Of a stretch of 64,000 bases of DNA, positions 50,901 through 62,659 are shown piece by piece. Both the position numbers and the translations under genes were made by a program. Numbering within the stretch: position 1 is the stretch's first letter; each line of letters starts with the position of its first letter. Under the pieces are notes generated by a model that did no database searches, had not been told where the DNA came from, and saw nothing but the letters and a program-made list of their open reading frames with translations. Source of the DNA: Glaucostegus cemiculus (Eukaryota); assembly GCA_976551045.1 (NCBI GenBank), contig CDPCPM010000043.1:9362001-9426000 (forward strand), given 5' to 3'.

Positions 50901-53900
50901 TAGTCTAGCACACAGAATTCTGGGTTTTCCACTGACATCTACAGTTTTGGATTAAGTAGCTTCACTACAGCAGCTCTACTCTTTATGTAGATCCCTTTAC
51001 TCCAGTTGAAAAGTGGCTGAACACAGGAAAATTATTCATAATAAAATGGTCAAACAGTAAATTTCTAGTTAACACAAATTTAAACAAAGGAAGCAACAAA
51101 TGAAAAGTCAAGCTGATCCAAGCTCATAAGGTAACACTTGTGAAAGAGCCCCTCCAACCCCCACCAACACAAAACTGCATTGAAATAACTCATTAAATGG
51201 TCCCAGGATCAAACAGACAGGTTTCAGGAGACAAAACAGAGCAACATGAGGGGTGAATATAGATGTTGGGCTTAATAACCTATACTTTACCCTAAATAGG
51301 AATCTCCATACAGGCAGTCTCTGGGTTATGAAAAGATTGACTTAAGGACATCTGTAAAAACAATTTTGTCCACAAGTTGGAAGATGCACAAAAAATCACT
51401 AAATATAGTCACCATACCTCCAGGGTACTTTAATGAATGGCATCAAAAACACAAGACTGATATGAAAAAAATGATTAAAATTAGAGAGGGGAAAATAGTT
51501 TTGCCATTCACAGGAACAAATGCATATACATGCACTGAACTTTTATAATATTATGGGAGCTTGATTGCATGTAGGGATGTCCATAAATCAGAAGTTTGTA
51601 ACCCAGGGATAACCTGTATTTAGAAATTGCCAAGTGAAAATTGTGAACTTGTCTTTTGGGATTAAATGCTGATCACTGGTCAGGGAATAGGTCTGGCAGC
51701 TAGTTATACCCAGCACTTGCAAGGAAGATATTTTCCTTAAACTGTAGACAGCTAAACATTTTCTGAAAAGGCAGAGTACCTGACCCATAGAACTTCCCAA
51801 TTTGAATAATGCTCATGGAAACTATAAATAATACCAATAGAAGTTTCCTTATGTTTCTGAGGTCAGATACCCCAAACCCTTCCCAGGTACAGCAGCAATC
51901 ATGGTCCAAACAAAAAAGGTACATTAATAAATTTGAGAAATATTGCTGGAAGGAGAGCAGTTTATTTTTGCAGAATCACCTTTAACATATTAACTAAATT
52001 TAAAGTAGATAGATTTATTACTGACAAATATACAAGTTATTAAAATTTAAGAAGCAAGGGGGTTAGGGGGAAAAAGCATAAAGGAAAAAACGAGGAAGCA
52101 GAAGTGGATTGACAGAAGACAAGTCTCACCAGCTACATATTGCGACGTCTGCCATCTCCACCCACCTGTCTTTAAAAACCTGTAAGGAATCCTGAGACTG
52201 GGGCAAGGATGGGCGAAGAGTCTCCTAACGGGGAACCATCTGACTTTCTTCTTAGAGCCTGTCACCACAATTACCAGCAATGAGTCAGTCACACATAGCA
52301 ACTCAAACAAAATGGGATCAACACATACAAAAAACAAAGACTATGAGGTATATTTGTCCTCAGCCATATATCTGCACAGTAAGCAATGGAGATAATTTTA
52401 CCCACACCGTTTCTTGGTCTGCACATAATTTGACGAAGTAATCAAAGGGAAACAGTTTGCGGTGGCAAAAGGTCAGTATCAGGGGATACAGACTTTTAGG
52501 CAGTAAAAGAGCATGATGCAATAAGAGGGAAAATTACACAACAATGCACACTCTGAAAGGCTTTTTAAAGATTGCAATTAGATCTGTTCCTAAAGAAAAT
52601 GTGGACAAATACTTGGAGAGAAATCTGCAAAAAAAAAATCCAGGGAATACAACTAATTGGATAGCCCTTTGAAAAAGCCAACGTAAGAGTGATGGATTCA
52701 ATAGTGTTGTGCTGCAAACTTCAGTCATTTGAGACAATTAAAATCAACCCAAAAACCACAAAAGTTAGAAATTAAAAGATTCAAAGGGAAGGGTTTCTAT
52801 TGCATAACCTGAAGGGGAGCTGCTTCCCACTTACGAGGAAACTATAATTAATTCATGAGGTCCCAACTTAGGAAACCTTAAATCACACTAGGATATAATA
52901 CTAGTCTCTAGATCAGCAGCCTCTTCACACTTTTTCCATTTATTCAAGAGATTTGTTGAACCACTGCAGGGGGATTGTGTGCTCTTTTGAATGATGTGTC
53001 TGTGCCTATATAACCAGAGCACAAAAGCTACACCCTCAAGCTGAGCATTAGTCAGTGAATGTACGATCACCTGCCTTATTCCATCCCACCTACCAGATGA
53101 AGACTAGATTCAAAAGCCAGTCTTTTCCACAAAGTTTTGCTCTTGCATCTTCAATGAATAAACTAGGAGCGTCATGCCAAAAAAATCTTTTCAGCACTCT
53201 TATCCAGCAGCTGCAGAGATGTGAGAAAATGGACTGGCCAGGGTCCTTTGCAGCAGTTTAATTTCCCTACTGATCAGGCTCAGCTCTAGAGTCTTAAAAC
53301 TAGATTTGTACAACATGACAGATAAGAGTTTTCTCCATTAATGGATTCACAATGGTCCAATCAGCATCCACTGGGGAAAAACGTAATGATCCACTTGTCA
53401 TTACTCACACCAATTTGAGGAGCCGGGAATGAAATAAACAGTCACAGAACTTTGCATGAAGTTGGTGCAAGTTCAGTCTAGTTAAAAAAAAACCAGCAGT
53501 TTGTTCAGTATCTCTTTTAATTTTGGATTTGTGTTATTAAAATTACATACATATTTAAATGGCATTTATACCTCAATTTAGGTAACCACGATTTGGGCAA
53601 CCAAGCCTCCAAGGAAAATGGGTCTATTGGTCTGAAAATTGTCAACTTTCTTTACCACAGTCATCTCCCAGCCCTAGTCAAAAATAAGTCTGGAATTGCA
53701 GCATTGATAAGTCATTTAGCATTAATCATCTGCAATCCACATTGACAAGATGTTTGGCTCCAATGTACACTTGCTTTCATTAGGGAGGGGAAGTCACTGG
53801 ACAGAAACACAGAACAGAGACTTTTGGCCCATGGGTTTCTTTACCTAGGAAAGGGCAATCATGACACTTAAAATGGAATCAGCTAACACCAGACAATTCA

Positions 53901-56900
53901 ATCCTCCTTGTGCTACTATTTATTCCCCATTTTAATTTCAATTTGGAGGAAATCGTTATCAATGGAGAGTGCTGCATTTTGTAGACACCTTCTCTTTTTG
54001 ATAACCTCTTGGGCGGAGCCCTCATATACCCTCTTAAGGGGGGGGGACACAAGGTACCATGATGCTATTTCAAAGAAAAGCAGGATAATTATGTCTGCTA
54101 GCCAATAAATTCTCTCAACCAACATGTTAAAAATAATGTTTAATCACATTCCTGTTTGTTGGATCAAGTGTGCAAGTTGGTTGACTCATCTCCTACATCA
54201 CAACAGTGACTACTTCCCCCCCCCCCCCCCCCCCCACTCCCGAGTCCTCCAGTGGCTGTAAAGCACCAATGACATTCCTGTGGTAGACACTATAACTGCA
54301 GTACACTAGAACAATCAAGCATATTATCCATAGACAGACCTGAGCACATTATCCTCATAGCTTCTTTCAGTTAACTTATGCCCATTAGCTCTAGTACATG
54401 ACTGGACACCTGGGCAACCTCACCTGCTTTCTTGGGTCCCATTAACATACACCTCTCCTCCAACTTCCACCACAAACTAATCCTTCCTTTTGTTTTGGAA
54501 AAGGAAAGAACCTTAATATACACACACATATTGTGTGAAAACCTTCAAAAATCACAACATGCAAAATACTAAATTAATACTCAACAGAAAGCCAAGCTTT
54601 AACTCTGAAGACCAATTAGTATACCCTTCCCAATTTGAGCCAGTTTGATCAAACCCCAGGTCAGGGAGTTCACTCTAACATTACTCACATGAAGTGAGAA
54701 GTAGGCAAAATATGGAAAAGAAAAAGTCATACCTAATAATGCCATTTCTAAAACAGAGTTAAGGAATAACAAGCTCCAAACAAATTGGGTAGCAAAGTCC
54801 AAAGACTCGCCCTACTCCAGATGAAGAAATTTCTTACTCAGCACCTGAATGGTCGACACCTGACTTAGAGTTAGCATCCCTCAGTTCTGGATACCTCGAC
54901 CAGGAAGAATATTAATTCCACATCTAAGCTCTCAAGCCCTGTAACAATTTTGAATGTTTCAATGAGATTACCTCTCAATCTGCCACATTATAGAATACAG
55001 GCCTCATCTGCTTATTCTCTCCTCATACAACAAACCCACCATTTGGTGAACTTTTGCTGCATTCCCTACACACAAATATAACCTTTCTTGGGCATGGAAC
55101 CAGAAATGTAACATTAATCATCAGGGCTCCATATAATTGAAGACTGTACTTACACTCAAATACTTTTGCAACAAAAAGGCCAGCATACTATTTACCATCC
55201 TAATTGTTTACTGAACAATAACTTTGTTCTTTGCATATAATGACACGTTAGTCCCTCTGAACACCAACATCTTTCAAATCTCACCAATTAAAATACTTTG
55301 CCTTTCCTTTTTAAGCCAAAGTGGATACCTCACACTTTCCATATCATATTCCATCTGCCATATCCTTCTCCATTCACTTAGCTTGTCTGTTCTATAATTT
55401 CCCCCACCTAAGTCTCTCTGCATCCTCCTCACAGCCCATATTGCTATCTAGCTTTGTACAATCAGCAACTTGGATCCCCTCATCCAAATCACATATTCAC
55501 TGTGAACAGCTGGTCCCAGCACCATTTGCTGTAGTGCCTCACTGGTCACAACCTCCCAAACTGAAAGTGACCAAATTATTCACACTGCTTTCTCTCTCCA
55601 TTAAAAATCATCATCATTACATGCTCCCAATACCATGGACTCTGATTTTGTTTAAGAATTTGAGAGAGACATTATTGTGTCCACCCTTACCTACACTGCT
55701 GGTTTCCCCAAAATACTAAACAGACTTGGTAAATGCCAGGACACAGACATCAGGGTGTTGAAGAAAGTACCAGCTCACCTATTGCTGCATGAAAGGAATT
55801 AGTTTGAAGATTTATAGAGACTGAAGGGAGCAAAAGAAGTGATAAGGTAGATGTGGATATACTGTAAAATACTTCATCACAGGTGTAAATTGAGCATTTT
55901 TGGATAACATAACCAGGAAATGTTTCAAGCAAGAAGTTTCAGGAAAAGCAATCTCAAATTTGGGAAGGAACAATATACACAGGATAATGGAAGGCAAAAG
56001 AGAAGGAAACAGAGGATGGACAATGAGATGCTCACCTCCCAAGAGATAAAAGTAGCCAGAGGTGCATCTTTGCATACTGGCATGATTTCAGAATACTGAG
56101 CAGGTTTGGCATGCAAGAGCAAAGCTTAATAGGTTCTATGATACAGCCACATTTAGAAGTGAAAGGTAAACCATTTGTCTTGCTTGTGCTTAAAGGAGTG
56201 AAGGCAATAGCTAGAGGTACATCTAGAAGAAAGTAATGATCTTGAAATCATTAGGGATGAAAAGTCACCTACTGCACATACAGTGAGAAAAAATTGATAG
56301 TACTTAGACAACTGATATAGAACAGGTTCAAATAAAAAGAAAAGAACAAAGTGAAATGCTTAGAAGAGGAATAAGTGCCAGAGAAACAGGAGAAAGTGCC
56401 AATTTGCTAGCAACTAGCAGAATGCCTAGTAATTTTAAACAGTTATTTTCTCCAAACAATTTCTTTCAACAAATTGAATACCTTCAACTGCTGACTCAAA
56501 TCCTAGATGTGGCATGATTGATGGACTGGAATCTAAGTAGTTAGTTTAGAATAGTTACAGATACAATAATTTTGCAAGTAATTATTACTTTGTTGTTTAC
56601 CAGCATGGAGAGAGAAAAATTAGTTGCGGTAATAAGCATCAATCATTGTTGCAGAATCAATTACTCTGCAGCAATGCTGGACTAAGTTATAATGTAGTTG
56701 AATGCAGAACATGGATATGCAATTGTGTTATGAATATATAGTTACAGCAATACAATGCCTCATACTGAAATGGTGTTATTAAATCAGTTGGACAAGGCAT
56801 GCTACTCAAGATCTTTCACTGAAACTAGCTGGAAACTGATTTGGATATGGGGAGGGAGGGAGGGAGGGCAGAAGAGAGGGCAGGGCTTTTGAAGATTATT

Positions 56901-59900
56901 TTTGAATAAATTTGATCTTTATTTGACAGAATAAATGGAGCTTTAGTCAGCATGTTAACAACTGTTGTGTCCGTTTAGTACAGCATGTACTTCAATTCAC
57001 ATTCCCCTAAACAGCTGCCTACACTTTGATATTGTGACTTCATCTACTGTATGTTTTTGGCCTGTGATGCTGTAAAATGACCCTTGTTTCCCCAGGAACA
57101 CTTTCCTGTTTTGCTACTGGAAGAAATTTGATAGCGGCTTTCAATATTTCTGTGTTAACAGAATAAAAAGTACAACTACAGAACTTGCCCAAGATATTCT
57201 CTCTCCTAATCTTTCTCACACCAGCATCCCCTCCCTAGTTCACATACACTCAATTAGCCTATTCTAAAAGTGCAACATTTTGCACCCTCCATCAGCAGCT
57301 TTCTTCAGTCAAGGAGACTGGTCAGTAAAAGGACTTTAGTTCAGTTATTCTGTGATTGTCCCTAATAATCCACAGCCTCATTTAATGTGTCATCAATACA
57401 CCTGTCAGTGCTTGTTAACTTCAACTTAATTTGTTAACTCACGGCAAAACAGAACAACTATACACAGAACCATTGGAGCAAAGGAGGTCATTGCTGTTAT
57501 AAATAAGAAATATTATACCATCCTATGGGTTACAAATTGAAAAATATAACCTGGCCCAGATAAACAGACTAACTCTTGGTATAACCTCCCAAGCAAATTC
57601 ATTAGTAACCCAAATGCAGAAGATACCAAACACAATAATGCTTCTTCTCATGAAAAGTTTTCCCTAAAATTCCTCAAGCTAACTTGGTTCTTGTATTAGA
57701 TTTTCCCACTGTTTGAATATAAATCCCATCCCTTCAGGTCCTTTCCATGATGGATTGCCACTCCCAACATTTTCAACACAATCTTGAACATGTAATGTAA
57801 TTAAACATACCAAAGGATTTAATGACAAAAACAGGCAGAAACTACAACAATAAAAGGGAGCATGGAGGTAATGGTCAAAGGAGTGATTCAAAGGCAGGTG
57901 TGGAGGCAGATGGCATAGAGGGATAGGGAAAATTTTACTAAGCATAGTAGAAGACAAATGAAAGAAGATGAGAAATTAGACTTCAAAAGGCAACAAAACT
58001 GGAAGAAAAGGTAAGCAAGCGCAGTAACCTCGGACTGAGATGGAAGTGAGGACAGAGCGACATGCAGAGTGCAAAAATTTGGAAATACTTAGAGAGGAAG
58101 ATGTTAATGACTATTGTTGAAGACATAATTAATCCATGTTGTAGTCACTGAATGATGGGGACAGGATTCCTCTGGCAGAGAGCAAAGACAGCAGTACTTT
58201 GGATGAGCTTTAATATATAGATGGCAGAGTGTGGAAGACCAGTTGGTGAAATGTTGGAAAAGTAGAAGAAAGGCCTGCATTTCTACAGGATGTAGAACAA
58301 AAGATCACCTGGAATTTAGGATGGAAAAAAAACTTCCAAGTACAACAGCTGCAAACTGTTGAAAATATCAACACTTGAGAAAAGCACAAATATTAAATTT
58401 ATTCTCATTTCTGAAATCCAGCATCAAAAATAAAAACCATTATGTCAGATGTGACAATTATAAAGAAGCATAAGAGCACATTGCAAATCAATCTTCTGAC
58501 TTTTCTATTTATCATTTATTGTTACCATAGCCTCAGCACCTCAAAACTTCATCTGAAATTACAGATATGAAGACAAAGCTGGTGAATATCCTAAAAAGAA
58601 TAAGAAAGACTTGAAAGAATAATACAATTCTCCAACCACCTCCAACAGACAATATTTCTGGCTTTTTACACATCCCAGTTTTAAATCATTACTAAAAGCA
58701 TCTGTGTCTTTAGCTGGAGTCCACACACTGGAATTCCAACTCAACGTAGCCTTTCTATTTGGCTTTTGTTCTTTAAAATACTTCTTTAAAAACAGCATTA
58801 GTCTGAAACCTTGCCATGTTTTATTTTGTCTTTTACAAAATGCGAGTAGCTGCTGCTGCTATGAGGACAGAACAAAGAAACAGAATTACAGAAACCAGCC
58901 CTCAAGTCATAAAGCCAACAAAGTAAGTGTGGCATCTAAAGCTAACTAATGAATAGGAAGCAGTGGGGACATAGGGTGCCCTACTCAAGGCGGCCAGGAA
59001 CAAAACAACAAATAAAAACAAAATGCTGTGTGATTTAACCTTGAAACCTTCTGCAACCTCCCAGTTGGATAATGAACTATTTAAAAAGGTATAGGAAAAT
59101 GGTGTTGTGAAAAAAAATATTATGAAGACTCCCATTTGTACACTGGCCTTGACAATTTTTAATGCCCAAAGTGCTTTACAATTACTCATGTTTTCTTAAT
59201 TATTATCACCACTAATGTAGGAAATCATCAATTGGCTCACGAATAATTTCATCGTGATTTGGTACAACATTTAGACTATCATTTTGGTTACATATTTTTA
59301 ACCGACATTAAGTGAATACTACATACAAATTAACAAGGAATCTGTAGATATTATCACCTATAAAATAGTCTACATTGTTCATAATTTATACTTGCCCCTT
59401 ATTAATAGGACAAAACATCACAATCAAGCAGAATATGACAGACAAGTCAGGAAGAGCACAGGGAGGGCAATTTTATACAAATACTAACAAATTTCATGGC
59501 CTTATCCATTACAAATTTATAACAAAAAAATTATTTAAATAAATTGGGGAAACAGAGGTTATAGGAAGCAAGCATCACATAGGAATTGCATGTTATTAGC
59601 TTATGATTTGCAACAAACCCATACAAGGTCAATACAAGTTATTCATGACAAATGATTATTTGTCCATAATGTGCACAGGAGTCTAGCTTTACCTGGCCTG
59701 TACATAGTTGGTAAAATGTATGTTTTTTCAATTAGATAGTCCCATTGTGTAGGAATAATTCCATGTGTCTCTCAATCCTGAGAAACGCAACTCAGTTCTC
59801 TCAGATACTACCACATTCACCTGGTCACTACATCAATATTCCATAATTTCATGCTTTGAGTAAAGTGCTTGTAAAAGGGATTCAAAATTATACAGGGTAT

Positions 59901-62166
59901 TAGTCAGAATAGATAAATTTAAACCCACTATGGGCAGGTCAGTCAAAATTAAGATGTGCATAAATTTAAGGTAAGAGCAGGAGGAAATGAGATTTTTATT
60001 TAACAAAAGTAAAAGGTCATTGTAAAGGAGGAACTGGGTTCATACTCAAGGAAAGTATTGCTGAACTATGGGAAAGTTGTTGAATGGGCAAAATCTCTTT
60101 TAAAGAGCCAACATACCTTTCTTGATTCAAATGACCTGAACTACAAAATATTATTTTTAGTCACACATTCCCATCATCCTGGCCTTACCAGACGTGCATT
60201 CCAAATTTAGATCCTTTTCAAAAAATCAGTATAAATAGTTGATTCTGATGACCTTCCTTACCTTGGATACCATTGCAAGAGTTATCAGAGACATTTCATA
60301 TCATAGTCTCACTAGAACTAATACCCTACTTTCAACAATTGGAACTTACAAAGGTATAACTGCAACTGGTCACTCTCCTCCTCAACTTCCAGTTTCTCAT
60401 CAAGGCTTCTCTATTCTCTCCCACCACCATATGCTCAGCACACTTTGCACCTCTTCCCCCTCATATTTGGAACTGAGGATAAGGCACTCTGCCCCTCCTC
60501 ATTCTTCCACAAGAGAAAACATTCTCTCCACACCCATCCTGTCAAGATCTCTCAGGATCTTACATTTCAATTAAGTCCTCTAACTCTAAACTTCAGTAGG
60601 TACAAGCCAAGCTGGTCCAGCCTTTCCTGAAAACAATATGTACATACCTTGCATTAAATTGCACCTAATGTATTTACATCCCTCCTTAAATAAGGAAATC
60701 AATACTCTACACTTTACTTCAGATGTGTTCTCAATGTTTTATATAGTTGAAGCATAACTAACCGATATTTATTGTCAATTCTTCTCATAATAAACCACAT
60801 TGGTAGCTTTCCTAATTACTTGCTACATCTGCATACTAACCTTTTGAGAATTGTGCCTGAAATTAAGTGGTCTGTAAATTCTGGCTTTTTGTTTCCTCCT
60901 TTTTTCAAGTAGTTATATTTGCTATTTTCCAATCTAATGGAACCTTTCCCAATCAACAGGATTCTGGACAATTAATACCAACACATCTTACTTGTCCTTT
61001 CTTTTATGATCTGAGGATGAAGTGCACCAGGACCCAGGGATCTGTCACTTCAGTCTGAAAAGAAATTGCTCATCTTTTTCAGCACAAAACTTAATATAAA
61101 TACAAGTCATTGGAGCTAGTGGTCATTGCCCTTGTAGGTTTATTGCTTTAACTAGTACTAACAAAATGCAGCTCTAGCACATTTTGTCATTCAACTCTCT
61201 CAATCTCCAACCTATAGCAAATATTCCATTTGTTCTCTCCACCGCACTCTTTTCACCACAACATAAGACATTTAAAGATCTAACCTTGCCCATTTCAGGT
61301 TGGCTTTTATCTGAACTAATAACTCTGCCTCACCCTTGCTAGATCCTACCTGACCAACATTTTGCCAACAACATTGGCAGTATTGCCAACATTTCATTTA
61401 AATCTATACCTCTACCTTGCATGCTATTGATACTACATATTATAGCCCACAGGCATTAATTTGACAGTTAGACCACCATCATTAGATTCACGTTTAGAAT
61501 CCATGACTGCCTAAAACCTAGTCGAAGTTACTCTTAAAAGTACATTAAGACAATTACTCAACATTGACAGAATATTTGTAAGTATCTAACATATAAATAG
61601 ATATTTTAATCACCAATACCTTCCAACAGGAGGAGGACCAGGTGCAGATACTATCTACACATGAAGTCTAACTATAATTTATATTACTACCATACATGTG
61701 GATATAGTGAATCTAATGACTATAAAAACAAACCCAACTGGCTCATGGATGGAAAAAACACCCTTAACTTCGGTTATTATTAGTTTACAAATGATCTTTA
61801 GATTGGTATTTGTAGCCAGAAGTTCATAAATAACTTGGTTATAAATGGATAGCTGTGTAATGGACGGGGTTGTGCGGCATTCACTGGAGCCGGGGTGAAG
61901 GTTTCATGGGGTTACAGGTGTGGTGGGACTGCTGCTAACAAACGTCTGTAGGAGCCCACGTTGTGTTGCACTGATGAGGAGGAGCCACTGGGCTGAAGGC
62001 ACCAAGCGCACCCCAACTTCCTAACTGCGGGGCCACCTGCAGACGTCGGGCATTTTACGGGGAGGGTGAGCGGGGCTGTACTGTGCCCGATCCAACACTG
62101 ACCTGGCGGCCCGGCCTGCGGCCTCCCGGTTACCTTGACGAACTGACTGAGACTCGGCTCCGACAT
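35740..62166 (-). CDS. KLHDC10: Kelch domain-containing protein 10 (CRL2 ubiquitin-ligase substrate receptor), complete, 10 coding exons, 410 aa
   Basis: Spliced CDS is 1233 nt. It has the kelch repeats PPARSGHRCVAD...LYVFGGY, LLVFGGTG, YIFGGTTG, YRHEIAHDGQRIYILGGG, RRCHSCVQI, VYVCGGYNG and MYVHGGVV. The C-terminus has the BC/cullin box VPSLFELCWERL...LGLTQGLVERLK*. Confidence 0.97.
36838..36977 (-). CDS. KLHDC10: KLHDC10 exon 9
   Basis: ttgcag| DVYVCGGYNGEVILGDLWKLSLQNFQWVKLPAEMPEPAYFHTAAVTP |gtgagt. Confidence 0.96.
37000..37370 (-). mobile_element. tRNA-derived Deu-SINE-like fragment (related copies at about 47980-48175 and 63570-63990)
   Basis: Shared motif ctgctcttc..aatgccatggg.tcttt.ac.tccac in all three copies, with reverse tRNA-like heads. 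Confidence 0.5.
37754..37801 (-). CDS. KLHDC10: KLHDC10 exon 8
   Basis: ctgtag| GFPAARRCHSCVQIGH |gtaagt. Confidence 0.94.
37960..38098. mobile_element. Short Penelope-derived element
   Basis: gatgctggaggaactcagcaggcctggcagcatcc ... ctgagttccaccag ... ttccagcacctgcagtc. Confidence 0.6.
38099..38965 (+). mobile_element. CR1-type LINE, 5'-truncated, relatively well preserved, in KLHDC10 intron 7
   Basis: SKFTDDTKIG, WQMEFNPEKCEVVHFG, LYKTLVRPHL, LGLFSLERRRMRGD, KTRGHGFK, FFTQRVVGTWN, then tail ttctatggttctat. Several frameshifts. Confidence 0.9.
39784..39850 (-). CDS. KLHDC10: KLHDC10 exon 7 (GC donor)
   Basis: tttcag| IHAYNLETNTWEEIQTKPQERT-G |gcaagt. Confidence 0.92.
40653..40737 (-). CDS. 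KLHDC10: KLHDC10 exon 6
   Basis: tttcag| YRHEIAHDGQRIYILGGGTSWTTYPLDK |gtaggg. Confidence 0.96.
42538..42686 (-). CDS. KLHDC10: KLHDC10 exon 5
   Basis: ttccag| AMVIINGYLYIFGGTTGYVYNTDLHRLDL...LPEER |gtgagc. Confidence 0.96.
44414..44568 (-). CDS. KLHDC10: KLHDC10 exon 4
   Basis: ttacag| VVLHGNNLLVFGGTGVPFGESSGND...PNRIYGQ |gtcggt. Confidence 0.96.
45168..45275 (-). mobile_element. CR1 3' tail (antisense)
   Basis: catagaaaacctacagcataattcaggcccttcagcccac is the reverse complement of a tail like 38915-38965. Confidence 0.6.
47253..47474 (-). CDS. KLHDC10: KLHDC10 exon 3
   Basis: ttccag| GHIAPPARSGHRCVADNSNLYVFGGYNPDY...PRELASMS |gtacag. Confidence 0.96.
49225..49997. mobile_element. Non-autonomous Penelope-like element with about 280-bp inverted terminal arms
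   Basis: The left arm (about 49258-49537) is the diverged reverse complement of the right arm (about 49706-49996): gctggaggaactcagcaggtcaggcagca vs tgctgcctgacctactgagttcctccagc. The spacer has a Penelope-like remnant. Confidence 0.75.
49931..49949 (+). repeat. poly(C) run (second run at 54216-54235)
   Basis: C19 and C20 homopolymers. Confidence 0.9.
50414..50575. mobile_element. Short Penelope-derived element with hammerhead-like core
   Basis: atgctagaagaactcagc..tcaagcag | CTGATGC AGGG ttttg CCCT GAAAC | ..ctgcttga..ttccagcat. Confidence 0.6.
51311..51616. mobile_element. Tc1/mariner (Tigger-like) MITE with TA target duplication
   Basis: TA|caggcagtctctgggttatgaa ... tttgtaacccagggataacctg|TA. 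Confidence 0.65.
52166..52258 (-). CDS. KLHDC10: KLHDC10 exon 2 (symmetric phase 1-1)
   Basis: tgacag| GSKKKVRWFPVRRLFAHPCPSLRIPYRFLKT |gtgggt. An alternative donor ends the exon at 52130. Confidence 0.85.
54800..55660 (-). mobile_element. Degenerate CR1-type LINE (antisense)
   Basis: Reverse-complement CR1 motifs (gaagaaatttctt.ctca, caaagtggatacctcacactt, atctagctttgt..atcagcaact). Confidence 0.6.
60460..60860 (-). mobile_element. Degenerate CR1-type LINE (antisense)
   Basis: Reverse of the LGLYxLEFRR / RGHS-like region. Confidence 0.5.
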
Positions 62167-62550
62167 CCCCGCAGGGTGGCCGCGGCCGCCGGGCGACCCG
62201 ACACACGGCGGGGATCGGCCCCACGCCACGCTGTTCCTCCAGCCACCTAATAATTAAAATAAATCACACGGACATCAGTAACCCGGCGCCTCACTACCGG
62301 CTGCAAGAGGCCGCAGCTTGACGGCCAACTCAAGCCCACATCCCGCTCTCCCCTCACAACACCAGCAAGCAGCGGCCGCAGCCAATCAACAACCCCCTCC
62401 CCCCAACACCTCGTCCAATGACCAGCCGCCTTATTATGAGGTGAGCAAGTTCAGGAATTGCCAATCGAGCTCCAAGCTAGCGCTCGCTCTCTCGCCCTTA
62501 AAGGGACAGCCTTCCACAGGGAACATAATCTAACACCGATATCGTCGTTC
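61860..62550 (-). promoter_or_regulatory. CpG island / KLHDC10 promoter with three CCAAT boxes
   Basis: Sharp local CpG and GC enrichment in an otherwise CpG-depleted window. CCAAT at 62382, 62415 and 62461 (+ strand), upstream of the ATG. Confidence 0.8.
62103..62166 (-). CDS. KLHDC10: KLHDC10 exon 1
   Basis: gggATG MSEPSLSQFVKVTGRPQAGPP-G |gtcagt, inside the CpG island. Confidence 0.85.
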
Positions 62551-62659
62551 AACTTTGTCCTAGTGACACAGAAGGGCCTCTCCTGCTATATCTCCTACTA
62601 ACCAAATGTAGGTTTGTCATTAAAGCTAAAACAGGACTTGCATACCAGGTACTGAGACT

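Noticed and set aside
61912-62229. 105-aa ORF as an independent gene or GTG-initiated N-terminal extension
   Set aside because: It is KLHDC10 exon 1 read through into the intron and 5' UTR in GC-rich sequence. The ATG at 62166 has adequate context.
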